NCBI GenBank assembly: GCA_963754945.1
Contig: CAVWIG010000046.1
Span: 1 to 49,523 of the forward strand
Source: Methanotrichaceae archaeon
Lineage (GTDB): Archaea; Halobacteriota; Methanosarcinia; Methanotrichales; Methanotrichaceae
DNA length: 49,523 nucleotides
Reading direction: 5' to 3'
Shown: in pieces, positions 19,731 to 30,892 of the stretch
Numbering within the stretch: the stretch's first letter is position 1
Layout of the letters: every line of letters starts with the position of its first letter
Translations under genes and position numbers: made by a program
The notes under the pieces: generated by a model
Told to the model about the DNA's origin: nothing
What the model saw: the letters and a program-made list of their open reading frames with translations, nothing else
Databases searched by the model: none

Positions 19731-20525
19731 TCAATCCTTAATCAGGTCTCGTATTTCATCAAAGTCTGTTCGTGAAGTGGAATCAAGGGTCAGCGGGGTT
19801 ACAGAGATCTTCCCATCCTGATATACGGCTCGGACGTCAGTCCCTTCGGCCTCTGAACAGATCAGATCGCCGTCTATCCAGTAGTAGGGCCTGCCCCTGG
19901 GATCGAACCTCTCTTGAACGGAGGTCCGGAAGATCTTTCGAGCAAGCCGGGTCATGACGACCTCTGTGTCCTCGGTGGCTTTGGCCGGCACATTCAAGTT
20001 CAGCAAATCCACGCCTTTCGGAAGGCCCTTCTCTAAAACTTTCGATGCAATCCTTCGGACCAGCTTTATAGCTACCTCAAAGCTGTGTTTATCTTCGTGG
20101 TGAAAATCGAACTTATCTCCCTGATCCACAGCTTGAATCGAGACTGCGATGCTCGGAATTCCGTAGCTTGCGGCTTCAAGGGCAGCGCCGATGGTCCCGC
20201 TGGTGGTGACTGTATCGGTGCTGATATTCTCGCCAACGTTTATCCCCGAAACGACCAGATCAGGCAACTTTCCTTTCATTATGGCGAAGATTCCGATGAT
20301 CACGGAATCCGTGGGAGTCCCGGTTACTGCATAAGCTTTCTGGCCATCCATATTCACTTTAGCAAACCTGAGGGGTTCAAAGATGGATATCGACCTTCCA
20401 ACTCCGCTCATTTGTCCTGAGGGTGCAACTACGAACACATCGCCGAGGCCTTTTACGCCTTGAGCTGCGGCCTTCAATCCAGACGCATAAATACCATCGT
20501 CGTTAGTAACCAGTATCCGGTACAT
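19731..20525 (-). CDS. surE: 5'/3'-nucleotidase SurE
   Basis: ILVTNDDGI, GTPTDSV, SGINVGEN, SGTIGAALEA and DPRGRPYYW. Confidence 0.95.
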   Translation of the reverse strand: MYRILVTNDDGIYASGLKAAAQGVKGLGDVFVVAPSGQMSGVGRSISIFEPLRFAKVNMDGQKAYAVTGTPTDSVIIGIFAIMKGKLPDLVVSGINVGENISTDTVTTSGTIGAALEAASYGIPSIAVSIQAVDQGDKFDFHHEDKHSFEVAIKLVRRIASKVLEKGLPKGVDLLNLNVPAKATEDTEVVMTRLARKIFRTSVQERFDPRGRPYYWIDGDLICSEAEGTDVRAVYQDGKISVTPLTLDSTSRTDFDEIRDLIKD

Positions 20526-20665
20526 TTGGGGGCCAATCTAGATCCAAGATATAAAATTGCTATGCTGGCTTATGGCCTCGCGGTCGGTTCATGCCTCGGG
20601 TCTCTGCCCTCAATCGCACAACTGCATCAACAATTCATCATAGTCGCGCAACCCACCAACTTCGT

Positions 20666-21802
20666 TTACATAGGTATAGAGAAGAACGGCCCATTCCACT
20701 TCAGGTCTGGCCCTGAGTCGCGCCAGAAGAACGCCAGTTGTCCTCCGGCACTGGCCACTAGCTCGAGGTTTCCAGGGTCTCCAAAATTGCTCTGAATGAA
20801 AGTAACCGCATCAACTTTGCCCAAACGGGTGCCGAACATCAATGCTCCATGCCAGGAGAGGTTTGCATCGTCGTTGTCCCTCCAGTAGTAGCCCAATCCG
20901 CCAGAGACCAGTGGAACCACCAGATCAAAGTTGCCCTTACATCCGAATTTGCTCTGAATCATGCAGGGGCAGCCTGAAACGCCGCTATCTATAATGAATG
21001 GACCGTTCCATTTGAACTCAGGGCCTGGGCCTCTCCAGAAGAAGACCAACTTATCTTTGGAGCGAGCAACAATCTCAAGGTTGCCAGGGTTTCCGAAATT
21101 GCTCTGGATCAACGTGACTGATTCGTACAGAACGCCGGTAGCCGATCCGAAGGTGAAGGGACCGTACCATGGAAGAGCCGGATCGTCATTGTCCCGCCAG
21201 TAGTGAGCGAGGCCGCCCTCCGATAATGGCACCACAAGATCGAAGTTGCCGTTGTGCCCACTTCTGCTCTTAATGAGGGACGGATTTCCGCAGAACATTG
21301 GCTTTTTGGATGGCTCAGCTATGTAGCCTGGACCATGCCAATCGAAAGATGGACCTGAATCCCGCCAGAAGGAAACCAAATTTTTCCCGTTTTCTTCAGT
21401 AACCGCCAGCTCGAGATTTCCCAGGTTTCCGAATTTGCTCTGAATCAGAGACGAGCTGTTGAATCGGCCATTTGCTTCACCGAATTTTACAGGTCCATAC
21501 CAGGGCAGCTCAGGATCATCGTTATTACGCCAATAGTGAGCGAGGCCGCCATTGGACATGGGCACAACCAGTTCGAAGTTCCCCTTGAGGCCAAAATTGC
21601 TCTGAATAAGAGATGGGTTGCCTGAAAATGGCCCGGCAAAGACGATCTCCTTTTCTTTTTCTTTTTTCACTATTTCGCCTGTACTCTCTACTTCGATTCT
21701 TACAGCCCTTGAGTCCTTCTTGGGCTCTCTGCTTCTCTCAGACTTTTTACCCTTTTTGGATTCTTCTTTTTGTTTGATTTCTTTTGTGCTTTTCTTGACC
21801 AT
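20666..21802 (-). CDS. Repeat protein, probable six-bladed beta-propeller (lectin-like) with charged N-terminal tail
   Basis: Six ~52-aa repeats LIQSxFG..GN(F/L)(E/D)LV...(Y/F)WRD....W.GP. AAGGAG RBS before the ATG at 21802. Confidence 0.75.
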   Translation of the reverse strand: MVKKSTKEIKQKEESKKGKKSERSREPKKDSRAVRIEVESTGEIVKKEKEKEIVFAGPFSGNPSLIQSNFGLKGNFELVVPMSNGGLAHYWRNNDDPELPWYGPVKFGEANGRFNSSSLIQSKFGNLGNLELAVTEENGKNLVSFWRDSGPSFDWHGPGYIAEPSKKPMFCGNPSLIKSRSGHNGNFDLVVPLSEGGLAHYWRDNDDPALPWYGPFTFGSATGVLYESVTLIQSNFGNPGNLEIVARSKDKLVFFWRGPGPEFKWNGPFIIDSGVSGCPCMIQSKFGCKGNFDLVVPLVSGGLGYYWRDNDDANLSWHGALMFGTRLGKVDAVTFIQSNFGDPGNLELVASAGGQLAFFWRDSGPDLKWNGPFFSIPM

Positions 21803-22028
21803 TGCGATCAACTCCTTTTTGGGGGGGTATGAATTAAATCATTTTATCTTGTTACCAAGCTTGAGATCAAGTTCTTTTCTTAAGAGCAGGTCGGAAGTTT
21901 GTCCGACAATCCATGTCGAATTCTTGTTTGAATTCTCATCGGTGGTTATGTTTAATATTGCGTTTATACTACTTGAATATTGGCATAAATCTATGAATGT
22001 GCAATTATAGATGAATTAACCTCATGAC

Positions 22029-22480
22029 CTAATATCCACTGAGGATATTTGACATAATACGTGCTTCTGCCTTTCGTAGATGCTCAATAGTTACGGCTTT
22101 GCTGATCCCTACTTTTTGAGCTAATTGATCGCCATTGGTCCTTCGAGGGATACTCGTAATATCCATTCTTTTTTGCCGCTAAGATGACTTCTCTTTGCCT
22201 ATCTGTAAGGCAAGATAGAATGTTGCGCCCCTGGTATACTGATAATTGGCATTGGATGTTTTCGATCTTTCCATACGTCTTTATAACTTCAAGGAACTTC
22301 TTTAGGTTGTCTTTATCTCCAATCTCACTTATTACTAATTTATCCTCAGTAATTATGGTGGGAGTATCCCATATCAGATCTCTACCTAGCTTTTGATTAA
22401 TGTTTATAAATTCTTCTGGAGCTTTTCCCTTAAATAAAACATGTGTACTCGTTCCCTTCGACTTTTATTACATCAAGCAA
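22029..22480 (-). pseudogene. 5'-truncated, frameshifted HTH_10 (bacterio-opsin activator-like) regulator
   Basis: Minus strand reads ...LSCLTDRQREVILAAKKNGYYEYP/...QLAQKVGISKAVTIEHLRKAEARIMSNILSGY*. Confidence 0.75.
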
Positions 22481-22728
22481 TAAGGGTAGGTATTAACAGG
22501 TTAATCAACCGGCATTGCCGGCATGAAAGGCCCTCAGGGTCCTCTTGTTTCAAGATCGACCACATGGATGCGGCAGAAAGAGATATAGTCGGCTGGGGGG
22601 GGCGGCTTATTTAACACATGAATCATCTGCAAGACGGCTGTCAATTCCTCTTTTCACGGTTCATAATAGACCAATCTTTTCTACCAGATACCTGACAGCA
22701 TCTTTCTGCTAGAAATTCCGAGTTTCAT

Positions 22729-22977
22729 TTACTCGAATAATTTTCTATTTATGTATTTTTTAAGTTCTTCCTCTTCATCGGCGGTCTTCTCGACCTTAGT
22801 GTATAATGCACATCGAGACGGCATGGGAACAAGATCGTTATCAAGAAGATCATAGTAGGCATCTTCAACCCTGATCTCTCCCAACAAGTATCTCTGAAGA
22901 ATGGCCTTGAACCGTTCCAGATCGCCCTTGCTGAAATTTCCTGATTTATCCAATGCCGTCAGGATCTGCTTAATCAT
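22729..22977 (-). CDS. Small hypothetical protein
   Basis: 82-aa ORF with plausible composition and an upstream ATAAATAT box. Confidence 0.6.
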   Translation of the reverse strand: MIKQILTALDKSGNFSKGDLERFKAILQRYLLGEIRVEDAYYDLLDNDLVPMPSRCALYTKVEKTADEEEELKKYINRKLFE

Positions 22978-23300
22978 AACTCTGCAGAAGCGCCCATGAA
23001 ATATTTATGCTTTATCTGTCAAATTGATCAAGCGACGACCAGGCTCTCTCGCAAAATGTCATGCCGCAGTGGATCCGAAACTAAAATTGATAAGGTTGGC
23101 AATCAGACCATAATTTATTATCTTTTGTCCTTCGTTAATTTGATCCTCCTTTGGTAGAAAGGCTCATAAGAAGCCCGGAAGTTAGCTTAATCCCATAAGT
23201 TTAAATCAAAATTCAACTCAAGTTCCTCGATGAAGGAGACCACATTTCATAGATCTTCCAGGAAAATGTTTAATACAATAGAGCAATTGCTCAATCATAC

Positions 23301-24392
23301 ATGGGACATGCTTTCATAAGTCCTCTTAATTGGGGGTTGGGACACTCTACTCGAGATATTCCCATAATAAGAGAGCTTCTGAGCTACGGCCATGAAGTGA
23401 CCATTGCAACTAGTGGTAATGCCCTAACCTTATTGAAGAGGGAGTTTCCAGAATGCAACTTCATACTTTTTAAGGACTATCCAGCACCATACAGCTCTAC
23501 AAGGTTCTTTTTGCCCAAGTTCGTCGCCAACATTCCCGTCCTTTTGAAAGCAATGGCAGATGAGAGAAAGAAGCTTGCTCAGATCCTATCTCAAGACAAG
23601 TACGATTTGATAATCAGCGATAACCGCCTGGGCGTTTACTCCGACAAGATACCCTCCTATTTCATAACTCATCAGCTTCGCTTCAGTCTGCCCACGTACT
23701 TATGGCCTTTTGAGCTCGGAACCCTTTACGGACAAGGCTTCTTCTTCCATTCAAAGTTCAACGGGTTGATAGTCCCTGATGTTAGCCCCAACGGCTTCAA
23801 CCTGAGCGGAAAGCTGTGCCGATCCAATCTTGATGTAACCAACCAGATGACCTACTATGCTGGTATCCTCACCAGCACAGCCAAGATGAACGTAGACAAG
23901 GATCTGGACTACCTGATAATCGTCTCAGGCCCTGAACCCCAGAGGACCAAGCTGGAGGAGATCGTGCTAAAGCAGGTGCACAAACTTCCAGGAGAAAAGG
24001 TGATCCTTCTAGGAAGCCCGCAGAGGGACGAGAAAAAGAAACTTGATTCGAATACGACGGTCCACTCATACGTGTCAACAGAAGAGAAGATCGAACTTAT
24101 GAACCGCGCCAAATTCCTGATAAGCAGGTCCGGCTATACCACCATGATGGAACTGGCCGAACTGGAGAAGACGAATGGTCTCTTCACTCCCACGCCGGGC
24201 CAAACGGAGCAGGAGTACCTCTCCAAGTATTATGCGAAAAAAGGCTGGTTCTACTCCAGGAGCCAGTACAAGCTCAAGCTTTCAGAGGACGTGGAGACTG
24301 CAAAGAACTTTAATGGATTCCCCAAGGTGACCAAGACCAAGGAGAACGTAAAGAAGCTGTACGAACAGGTTCTTAAGAAGCACCTGAACTGA
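23301..24392 (+). CDS. GT-B glycosyltransferase (GT28/MJ1255-like)
   Basis: LNWGLGHSTR, IISDNR, SGPEPQRT, SRSGYTTMME and PTPGQTEQEYL. Confidence 0.88.
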   Translation: MGHAFISPLNWGLGHSTRDIPIIRELLSYGHEVTIATSGNALTLLKREFPECNFILFKDYPAPYSSTRFFLPKFVANIPVLLKAMADERKKLAQILSQDKYDLIISDNRLGVYSDKIPSYFITHQLRFSLPTYLWPFELGTLYGQGFFFHSKFNGLIVPDVSPNGFNLSGKLCRSNLDVTNQMTYYAGILTSTAKMNVDKDLDYLIIVSGPEPQRTKLEEIVLKQVHKLPGEKVILLGSPQRDEKKKLDSNTTVHSYVSTEEKIELMNRAKFLISRSGYTTMMELAELEKTNGLFTPTPGQTEQEYLSKYYAKKGWFYSRSQYKLKLSEDVETAKNFNGFPKVTKTKENVKKLYEQVLKKHLN

Positions 24393-24652
24393 AAGCCATT
24401 TGTCGGGACATTTTTTTCGGAATCGAGAGTCGGCGCCGGCAGACAATTTCACGTGATCGATTCATCTATATTCTATACTCTTACACGGCTCTTCCTGCAT
24501 TTATCCTAGCCTAATTGCCGATAGCTGGATTTTATAGTTGATCGGTCGCATTCTATCACGCTAAGAACAGCTCAGAAGGATGCTGATTGCCTTTTGTAAA
24601 AGTTGAGTGTTTGCAGTCCAAACAGTTATACTTCCGATAAATATGGGAGGAC

Positions 24653-25333
24653 TTAATTAATTTTCAGATAACTGGGATCTTGGTTCTGATTGCGAACGCA
24701 CACTCTATGCACGTCATCTAAATGCGCAAATCCCAGTGACTTCAAGAGTTGTAGAGCAACACCTCGACCGTGAATCAGCACTTCCGTGAGATCTGTTGGC
24801 TCATCTATGTCGCAACCTGCCCTGTATGATGAGTATGTTCCCACCTGCAATCCAAGCCTTTGCGCGAAATTCAGATGCCTGGTAAAGCTAATTCCTTTGT
24901 AGCAAGTCCTGAACTCCGGCCTTCTCATCAAAATCATATTGGTGCCTCCGCCTCGCCCGGGCGATAGTACCACATCTCCCGGAGTGCCCAAAATCCCTGA
25001 CATATCGTCCCTGGTCAAAAGCGCCAAATCCGCCATGACGATTAGCAGATCTGTCGGCCATCCCATTCCCTGCCACTTCTCGATAAACGAGTTAAGGGCG
25101 TCGTTCAGCTCGAGGCCTGATTCCACGACATCCACATTCAAGCGCAGGTTCAGCTCATGAAAGCCCGGCCTGGAAAGAATTGTCACCAACCCAAAGCTAG
25201 AGACTGCTTCCAGAACATCTCGGAGCATGGCTAAGGCCAGTTGCTTTCTTTCCTCAGGCAAGAGCACAGGCGCTAGCCGCGACTTCGCATTTTCTAGCTT
25301 AAAAGGTATGACCACTTGAACCGGTCTATGCAC
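24653..25333 (-). CDS. cofC: 2-phospho-L-lactate guanylyltransferase (F420 biosynthesis)
   Basis: VIPFK..AKSRL, MLRDV, MADL, GGGTN and DIDEPTDL. Confidence 0.92.
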   Translation of the reverse strand: MHRPVQVVIPFKLENAKSRLAPVLLPEERKQLALAMLRDVLEAVSSFGLVTILSRPGFHELNLRLNVDVVESGLELNDALNSFIEKWQGMGWPTDLLIVMADLALLTRDDMSGILGTPGDVVLSPGRGGGTNMILMRRPEFRTCYKGISFTRHLNFAQRLGLQVGTYSSYRAGCDIDEPTDLTEVLIHGRGVALQLLKSLGFAHLDDVHRVCVRNQNQDPSYLKIN

Positions 25334-25370
25334 ACAACCGGCTTCTAATCCTTCGAATAAAACAGTTGCG

Positions 25371-26123
25371 TTAACGCTTCAAGTACGGCCGGATGACGTC
25401 TTTTTCCTCCGGCATGAAGAGGCTGCCTCCGGATCTGGGGTACTGTAAGCCTCGTATCACTGCCACCGGGGTCCCATCCCCTGCCTCACCAATGAGAAGG
25501 TTGGCCATTCCGGCGACTTCATCGGCAATGGCCTCGAGGGTTATCTCCAGCTTGCGGCCATGCATGTCGGGCACGCCTCGCCAGTCGCGAAGTGCGGCTA
25601 TGCCTGACCAGCCGATGGCGACTCCAGCCACGCCGCACCGGAAAGGTCTGCCGCAGGTGTCGGTGATTATGACGGCACAGTCCTTTCCCATGCGAGATCT
25701 GATCCTTTCAGCGCTAGCCCGCGGGTCCTGGGGAAGGAGCAGAATTCTATCCTCGCCTACGTTCGACTGATCTATTCCAGCGTTCACCCCAGTGTGCCCG
25801 AACCTGGTCACTGACAAGATAAAGGGCTGCTCAAGGAGGATCTCAGCCGATTCATCTAGAACTGCCTGAACGAACCTCGGGTCCTTTCCAATGACTTTTG
25901 CGATTCCGGTTGCTCTGGGACTGGGATGGTAATCGTCCAGGTTTCTGAACCGGCCTTCCGACTTGGCCACAATGGTGCTTGCGATGCAGACGACATCTCC
26001 ATCTTGGATTTGAAATAAAGAGCCTATAAGGGATGCCAGATCGTCGCCTTCTTTGACAACAGGCAATCCGTGAACCAGAAACCCCTGGATAGACCCGTCG
26101 CCAGCGATCATGACATCACACAT
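25371..26123 (-). CDS. cofE: Coenzyme F420-0:L-glutamate ligase
   Basis: GDDL, STIVAKSEG, NAGIDQSN, IITDTCGRPFR.G and GEAGDGTP. Confidence 0.93.
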   Translation of the reverse strand: MCDVMIAGDGSIQGFLVHGLPVVKEGDDLASLIGSLFQIQDGDVVCIASTIVAKSEGRFRNLDDYHPSPRATGIAKVIGKDPRFVQAVLDESAEILLEQPFILSVTRFGHTGVNAGIDQSNVGEDRILLLPQDPRASAERIRSRMGKDCAVIITDTCGRPFRCGVAGVAIGWSGIAALRDWRGVPDMHGRKLEITLEAIADEVAGMANLLIGEAGDGTPVAVIRGLQYPRSGGSLFMPEEKDVIRPYLKR

Positions 26124-26126
26124 TAG

Positions 26127-26357
26127 TCACTGAAAGCGTGAGTCTTCTCTCTTGCCGCTGAGGTAAAATAGCCTAGCTTGAACCAGTAGATCCAGAAGAT
26201 ACGAGTAGTTCTCTGCAATTACTACCAGTCTGTCCTCGCCGGTCTCCCAGGGAAGTCCTGTGTAGGTGGTAGCAAAATTATCCCAGAAGGTCGGAGGGGA
26301 GAACTCGAGCTGATACTTGTGGTTCTCCGTGTAAGTGAGGGTGATCTTTGGGTCCAT
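26127..26357 (-). CDS. Small hypothetical protein
   Basis: 76-aa ORF tightly packed between aIF-2beta and cofE. Confidence 0.65.
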   Translation of the reverse strand: MDPKITLTYTENHKYQLEFSPPTFWDNFATTYTGLPWETGEDRLVVIAENYSYLLDLLVQARLFYLSGKREDSRFQ

Positions 26358-26369
26358 GCCCGGTCTTCC

Positions 26370-26999
26370 TCAGGTTGCCTTGCCCTTCCTCTCCACGACC
26401 TCTGCAAAGGCTAGGGTACCGCTGATCTTCTTGATCTTGGCCTTGACAATCTCGCCTTTAACAGTGCTGGGGATGAAGATGAGATACTTATCGACCTTGG
26501 CTATGCCATCGCCCTTGTTTCCGACTGACTCAACACGAAGCTCGTAGGTCTCTCCCTCTTCGATCATGTCCTTCTGAACGGTGGCTACGGCTTTCCTCTT
26601 CCTGACCGGCCGGTGGGCTCCGCAGGCGTCACACTTCAGCATGAGCACCCTGTCGCTTTTTATCAGGTGGGTGTCGGGCAGCCGGCACTCAGAGCAAACA
26701 ACATACTCCTCAAAGTAGGAGTCTATCTGTCTGGCTATGGCCTGTTCGGCAAACTTACCTTGGAAAACTCCTCGATGACCTTCGATCTTCCCAGCGGTTC
26801 CCATCTCCTGAAGCATGTACTTCATGAGGTGCTCGGGTTCACGGTCGAAGGCGTCTGCAATGGCCGCAAAGTTCTCCAGCACCGTGGTCTTTCCCTCGTA
26901 GTAGACCTTCGGCACTGGCATGACGAACCTTTCCTTGGGGCCCTTAGTATCGGGCATCTTCTTCATGGCCCGGTCGAGGCCGGCTAGATAATCATCCAA
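26370..26999 (-). CDS. eif2b: Translation initiation factor 2 beta subunit with C-terminal TRAM domain
   Basis: [10 protein letters not shown], zinc finger CSEC.LPDT...CDACG and [14 protein letters not shown]. Confidence 0.93.
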   Translation of the reverse strand: MDDYLAGLDRAMKKMPDTKGPKERFVMPVPKVYYEGKTTVLENFAAIADAFDREPEHLMKYMLQEMGTAGKIEGHRGVFQGKFAEQAIARQIDSYFEEYVVCSECRLPDTHLIKSDRVLMLKCDACGAHRPVRKRKAVATVQKDMIEEGETYELRVESVGNKGDGIAKVDKYLIFIPSTVKGEIVKAKIKKISGTLAFAEVVERKGKAT

Positions 27000-27011
27000 T
27001 TAGGTCACCAG

Positions 27012-27527
27012 TTACTTTATCTGTTTGCTGCCAGACTCCATGACGATCTGGATGGGTGTGGGCAACTTGTGGCCTGCTCTGGTCAGCGCGGTCTTGGCAT
27101 CTTCCAGGAACTCGGGGGTTACGCCAAGGGTGAACACTTTCTGGCCCGCAGCGACTTGAGCAGCGGTGCCTACGGCCTTTCCGAAAGCGCGCCGCATTCC
27201 GCTAGAGACACGGTCGGCTCCTGCGCCTGTAGCCTGTTTGTTCTCTCTTATTACGTGGTGAGGGTAAACCCTGAGCTTAAGATGGAAGCCAGTCCTACCG
27301 CACTGCTTCAGAAGATAACGGTTGGCAGCCACTCTTGCCGCTTCGAGGGCGGTGTGCCTGATCTGGCACGGCTCTTTGACTACCAGGGTGAGATTAACAG
27401 GGAAATCATCCTGAAGGTTTCCCATATCATAGTGTACTACTTTGCTTCCAGGGACGCCTCCCATGTACTCCCTGCGAGTGTAGGGGCGCTCCGTCCTCCT
27501 GTACATGCTTGCCGGCTTTCGCGTCAA
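27012..27527 (-). CDS. rpl10e: 50S ribosomal protein L10e/uL16
   Basis: [35 protein letters not shown] and KLP. Confidence 0.96.
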   Translation of the reverse strand: MTRKPASMYRRTERPYTRREYMGGVPGSKVVHYDMGNLQDDFPVNLTLVVKEPCQIRHTALEAARVAANRYLLKQCGRTGFHLKLRVYPHHVIRENKQATGAGADRVSSGMRRAFGKAVGTAAQVAAGQKVFTLGVTPEFLEDAKTALTRAGHKLPTPIQIVMESGSKQIK

Positions 27528-27587
27528 AACAATTTCCTCCGATAAACTTGAGATTGGTACTCTCCCTACCTAGTTTATAAGGCTTGC

Positions 27588-28829
27588 CTAGACGGTTATG
27601 GGAGTGGAGTGCGAGATCTCACCCGCTAGGGATGACTGCATCATGTTTCGCGCCTCATCCACAGTGGGACTATTAGCCAGGACCCACATCAGCTTAACCA
27701 GCGCCACCTCAGGAAGCATGTCCTCTCCCTCGATTGCGCCCGCATCCAGCATATAGCGGCCAGTATCGTAGACACGGTCGCAGATCCTGCCCCGGAGGCA
27801 CTGGGATGTTACGACTACGGGAATATCAGCGTCCGTTGCCCGCTTGATGGAGTCTATCCAGATGGATGCCACGTGGCCCAAGCCCGTCCCTTCAAGGACG
27901 ATCCCCCGATATCCCGCATCGATGTAGTAGTTCAGGATCTCCGGCGAGGCTCCAGGCGTGTATTTTACTAGGGCACACCTGGACTCCAGCTTGTCTTTCA
28001 ACTCGAGCTCGACCCCTCCCCGGTGTTTGTAATCGATGAAGGTCTCGATGCTCCGGGACAGGTAGTTCACCTTTCCGATGGGATGCTCGTTCATGCTGCG
28101 GAAGGCGTCCCTCCGGGAGGTGTGCATCTTTCGGACCCTGGTGCCACGATGAATGGAGCAGTAGTCGTCGCTGGTTGAGCCGTGCATGACTACGCACACC
28201 TCGGCGATGTCGCTTATGGCCACCGTGGCCGCGCAGATTGCGTTCATGGAGGCATCGCTGCTGGGCCGGTCAGACGACCTCTGGGAGCCAACGATGACCA
28301 CGGGCACTGGCGTTCGAAGCATAAAAGATAGCGCTGCTGCAGTGTACATCATTGTGTCAGTGCCGTGCATTATGATCACTCCCTCTGCTCCGTTTCTGAT
28401 CTCGCCAGCAACGGCTCTGCCCAGCTCCGACCAGTAATCCGCCCGCATGTTCTCGCTGAGGATGGTGTAGATGACCTTGGCGTTGTAGTTAGCTATCTCC
28501 TCCAGCTCTGGGATTGCGGATATTATATCGCCCGCCGAGAACTGGCTTGTCACGGCTCCGGTCCTGTAATCGACTTTGCTGGCGATTGTGCCCCCTGTGG
28601 ACAATATAGAGACGTTTGGCAGTCCCTCTTTGCTCCGGAGGGGTTTTGAAGGGGGCTTGGTCTCGTGCCCTTTCTCAACCAGCTCTATCTTTGACTCGGA
28701 TCTACGTAAGCCAATGTTGTAGCCGTTGTCCAGCTTAATCACAACGTGATCCTTACTTCTGGGCGGCATCAATACGCCCTGGTACCCGACGCCGTCTTTT
28801 TCTATGAATACTCTATCGCCTGGGTCCAT
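27588..28829 (-). CDS. gatD: Glu-tRNA(Gln) amidotransferase subunit D
   Basis: [42 protein letters not shown] and [10 protein letters not shown]. Confidence 0.96.
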   Translation of the reverse strand: MDPGDRVFIEKDGVGYQGVLMPPRSKDHVVIKLDNGYNIGLRRSESKIELVEKGHETKPPSKPLRSKEGLPNVSILSTGGTIASKVDYRTGAVTSQFSAGDIISAIPELEEIANYNAKVIYTILSENMRADYWSELGRAVAGEIRNGAEGVIIMHGTDTMMYTAAALSFMLRTPVPVVIVGSQRSSDRPSSDASMNAICAATVAISDIAEVCVVMHGSTSDDYCSIHRGTRVRKMHTSRRDAFRSMNEHPIGKVNYLSRSIETFIDYKHRGGVELELKDKLESRCALVKYTPGASPEILNYYIDAGYRGIVLEGTGLGHVASIWIDSIKRATDADIPVVVTSQCLRGRICDRVYDTGRYMLDAGAIEGEDMLPEVALVKLMWVLANSPTVDEARNMMQSSLAGEISHSTPITV

Positions 28830-29023
28830 TTTGCCTCACCAGATAATCATTAATCTAACTACATTATTCAAGGGACCTAAAAACGTTGCCCTTGAGGCGG
28901 AAAGCAGTTCAAACTAAATCTTTATCGGTTATCCTTCTATCCGAACCTCCCATATTCATGGCCGCCGATACATTTAAAAAGCCTTTATCTAAAACGGTTG
29001 CCAAACAGCAAAAGATGGTATCG

Positions 29024-29818
29024 ATGCAAAGATGGGACCCGGAAGTTTATGCGAAGAGTTCAGCGGCCCAGCAACGATGGGCACAGGAACTTCTATCCAA
29101 GATTTCGATTCGAAGAAATGAAAGGATACTCGATATCGGATGCGGAGACGGCAAGGTCACAGCAGAGATTGCGCGCCTCGTTCCGAATGGATCTGTTTTG
29201 GGCATCGATAATTCAGTTGAGATGATAAACTTCGCTCAAAGCAAGTTTCATCCAACGAGCTGGCCTAATTTAACATTCCAGCATGGAGACGCCTCGAATT
29301 TGCAATTCGAAGATGAGTTTGACCTCGTTCTCTCCTTTGCATGCCTCCATTGGGTAACGGATCATAGACCTGTTCTTGAAGGGATCAAACGGAGTCTCAA
29401 GCAGGGCGGCAAGGCTTTGATGCAGTTTGGAGGCAGGGACAATGCCGCTGCGATCTTTAAGGTTGTAGATGAGATCATTTCAGAAGAGAGATGGTCCAGG
29501 TACTTCGAGGGTTTTAAGTTTCCTTATGGCTTCTTCGGTCCTGATGAGTACATGATCTGGCTTGATCGCGCAGGCTTGAGTGCCTCGAGGGTGGAGCTGG
29601 TACAGAAGGATATGGCCCAGAATGGACGAGACGGGCTGGCCTCCTGGTTCAAATCCACATGGCTGCCATATATCGAAAAAGTTTCGGGGGATTTACAAGA
29701 GGATTTCATCTACGAAGTGGTAGATCGATATGTCCTGGAACATCCTCTCGATAGTAAGGGGACTGTCCATGTTGAGATGGTTAGACTTGAAGTGGAGGTC
29801 GAGAAAAACCTGGCTTAA
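29024..29818 (+). CDS. Class I SAM-dependent methyltransferase (trans-aconitate methyltransferase-like)
   Basis: ILDIGCGDG, GIDNS..M, FDLVLS...LHWV and VRLEV. Confidence 0.85.
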   Translation: MQRWDPEVYAKSSAAQQRWAQELLSKISIRRNERILDIGCGDGKVTAEIARLVPNGSVLGIDNSVEMINFAQSKFHPTSWPNLTFQHGDASNLQFEDEFDLVLSFACLHWVTDHRPVLEGIKRSLKQGGKALMQFGGRDNAAAIFKVVDEIISEERWSRYFEGFKFPYGFFGPDEYMIWLDRAGLSASRVELVQKDMAQNGRDGLASWFKSTWLPYIEKVSGDLQEDFIYEVVDRYVLEHPLDSKGTVHVEMVRLEVEVEKNLA

Positions 29819-29937
29819 GAGAAGCCTCAACTACGAGCATATCGAAAGAGGATCAACCTAAGGAATAAGAGTCCATCCAGTCGAGATTCGGGATAGGCTC
29901 AAGTAATCTTGCGAAGATTGGGTTAGCGGGAGAAGAA

Positions 29938-30474
29938 ATGATCTATTTTGTTACCAGCAACAAGGGAAAGTTCGTGGAAGCCCAGGCAATCTTCGGCGAC
30001 CTGGTACAGAAGAACATCGGCTACAACGAGCTTCAGGTAGATACTCTTGAGGAGGTGGTCGACTTCGGCATGATAGAGGTTATGGACCGGCTGAAGGGGC
30101 CGGTCATGATCGAGGATGCAGGCATGTTCATTGATGGCTTGAAGGGCTTTCCTGGAGTCTATTCTGCCTACGTCCAGAAGACCGTCGGAAACAGCGGCAT
30201 CCTACGGCTGATGGAAGGCATGGACGATCGCCGGGCGGCCTTCAAGTCGGTCGTAGGCTACTCCGAGCCGGGCATGGAGCCAGTGGTATTCAAGGGAGAA
30301 TTAAAAGGCGACATAGGCTTTGAGCCCCGAGGAACAGGCGGCTTCGGGTACGATCCCATCTTCTACGTGAACGGAAAGAGTCTGGCTGAGATGAGCCTGG
30401 AGGAGAAGAACATGATATCACACCGGGCGGGATCGATGAAAGCTCTGAAGCAATGGTTGGAAAACAGGAACTGA
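29938..30474 (+). CDS. rdgB: Non-canonical purine NTP pyrophosphatase (RdgB/HAM1)
   Basis: FVTSNKGK, EDAG, FPGVYS, GFGYDPIF and ISHR. Confidence 0.93.
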   Translation: MIYFVTSNKGKFVEAQAIFGDLVQKNIGYNELQVDTLEEVVDFGMIEVMDRLKGPVMIEDAGMFIDGLKGFPGVYSAYVQKTVGNSGILRLMEGMDDRRAAFKSVVGYSEPGMEPVVFKGELKGDIGFEPRGTGGFGYDPIFYVNGKSLAEMSLEEKNMISHRAGSMKALKQWLENRN

Positions 30475-30602
30475 TCGGCTGCAGGTAATTTAATGGTCCC
30501 AAAGGTGCCGCCAGCCAATTTCTTGCGCTGTCAGTTAACGATTTGAGATCAAATATTAAGCTGAAAGCTGCTCAGGACTTGCAGAAGGTTGAGTCTTGTT
30601 GT

Positions 30603-30760
30603 CTTTCGCCATCCATCTGATCTACCTCGTTTGATTTCAGAAAACTTGACTTTTTAATTATATATTTAATATTTTATCCATAACGCGATACTACAGGATT
30701 AACTTTTTGCTCTCTAAAAGCCCAATGGGATCTTACGAAGTATACTTGCTCATAAGCTCC
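30603..30760. repeat. ~160-bp direct repeat, copy 1
   Basis: First 58 bp match 37090-37147 at 55/58; the 3' block cgaagtatacttgctcataag is identical. Confidence 0.9.
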
Positions 30761-30892
30761 CCAATTTTGTCCATCTCTTCATGAATTGCATGTAGAGCAC
30801 ATGCTTCTTCTTAAGAATGACTTCTCCTCTTTGCCGGGAAGGATATAGTGCTTGCTAATGCCTGGATCGTGTTAAACTCTTTCAAGAATCAT

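Noticed and set aside
22500-22620. Palindrome CCGGCATTGCCGG and a G8 run as a possible ncRNA
   Set aside because: No recognisable RNA family motif or second copy; insufficient support.
30741-30756. TACTTGCTCA in the 160-bp direct repeats resembles the IS66 TIR
   Set aside because: Only about 10 bp match, both copies are in direct orientation, and there is no TSD or transposase.
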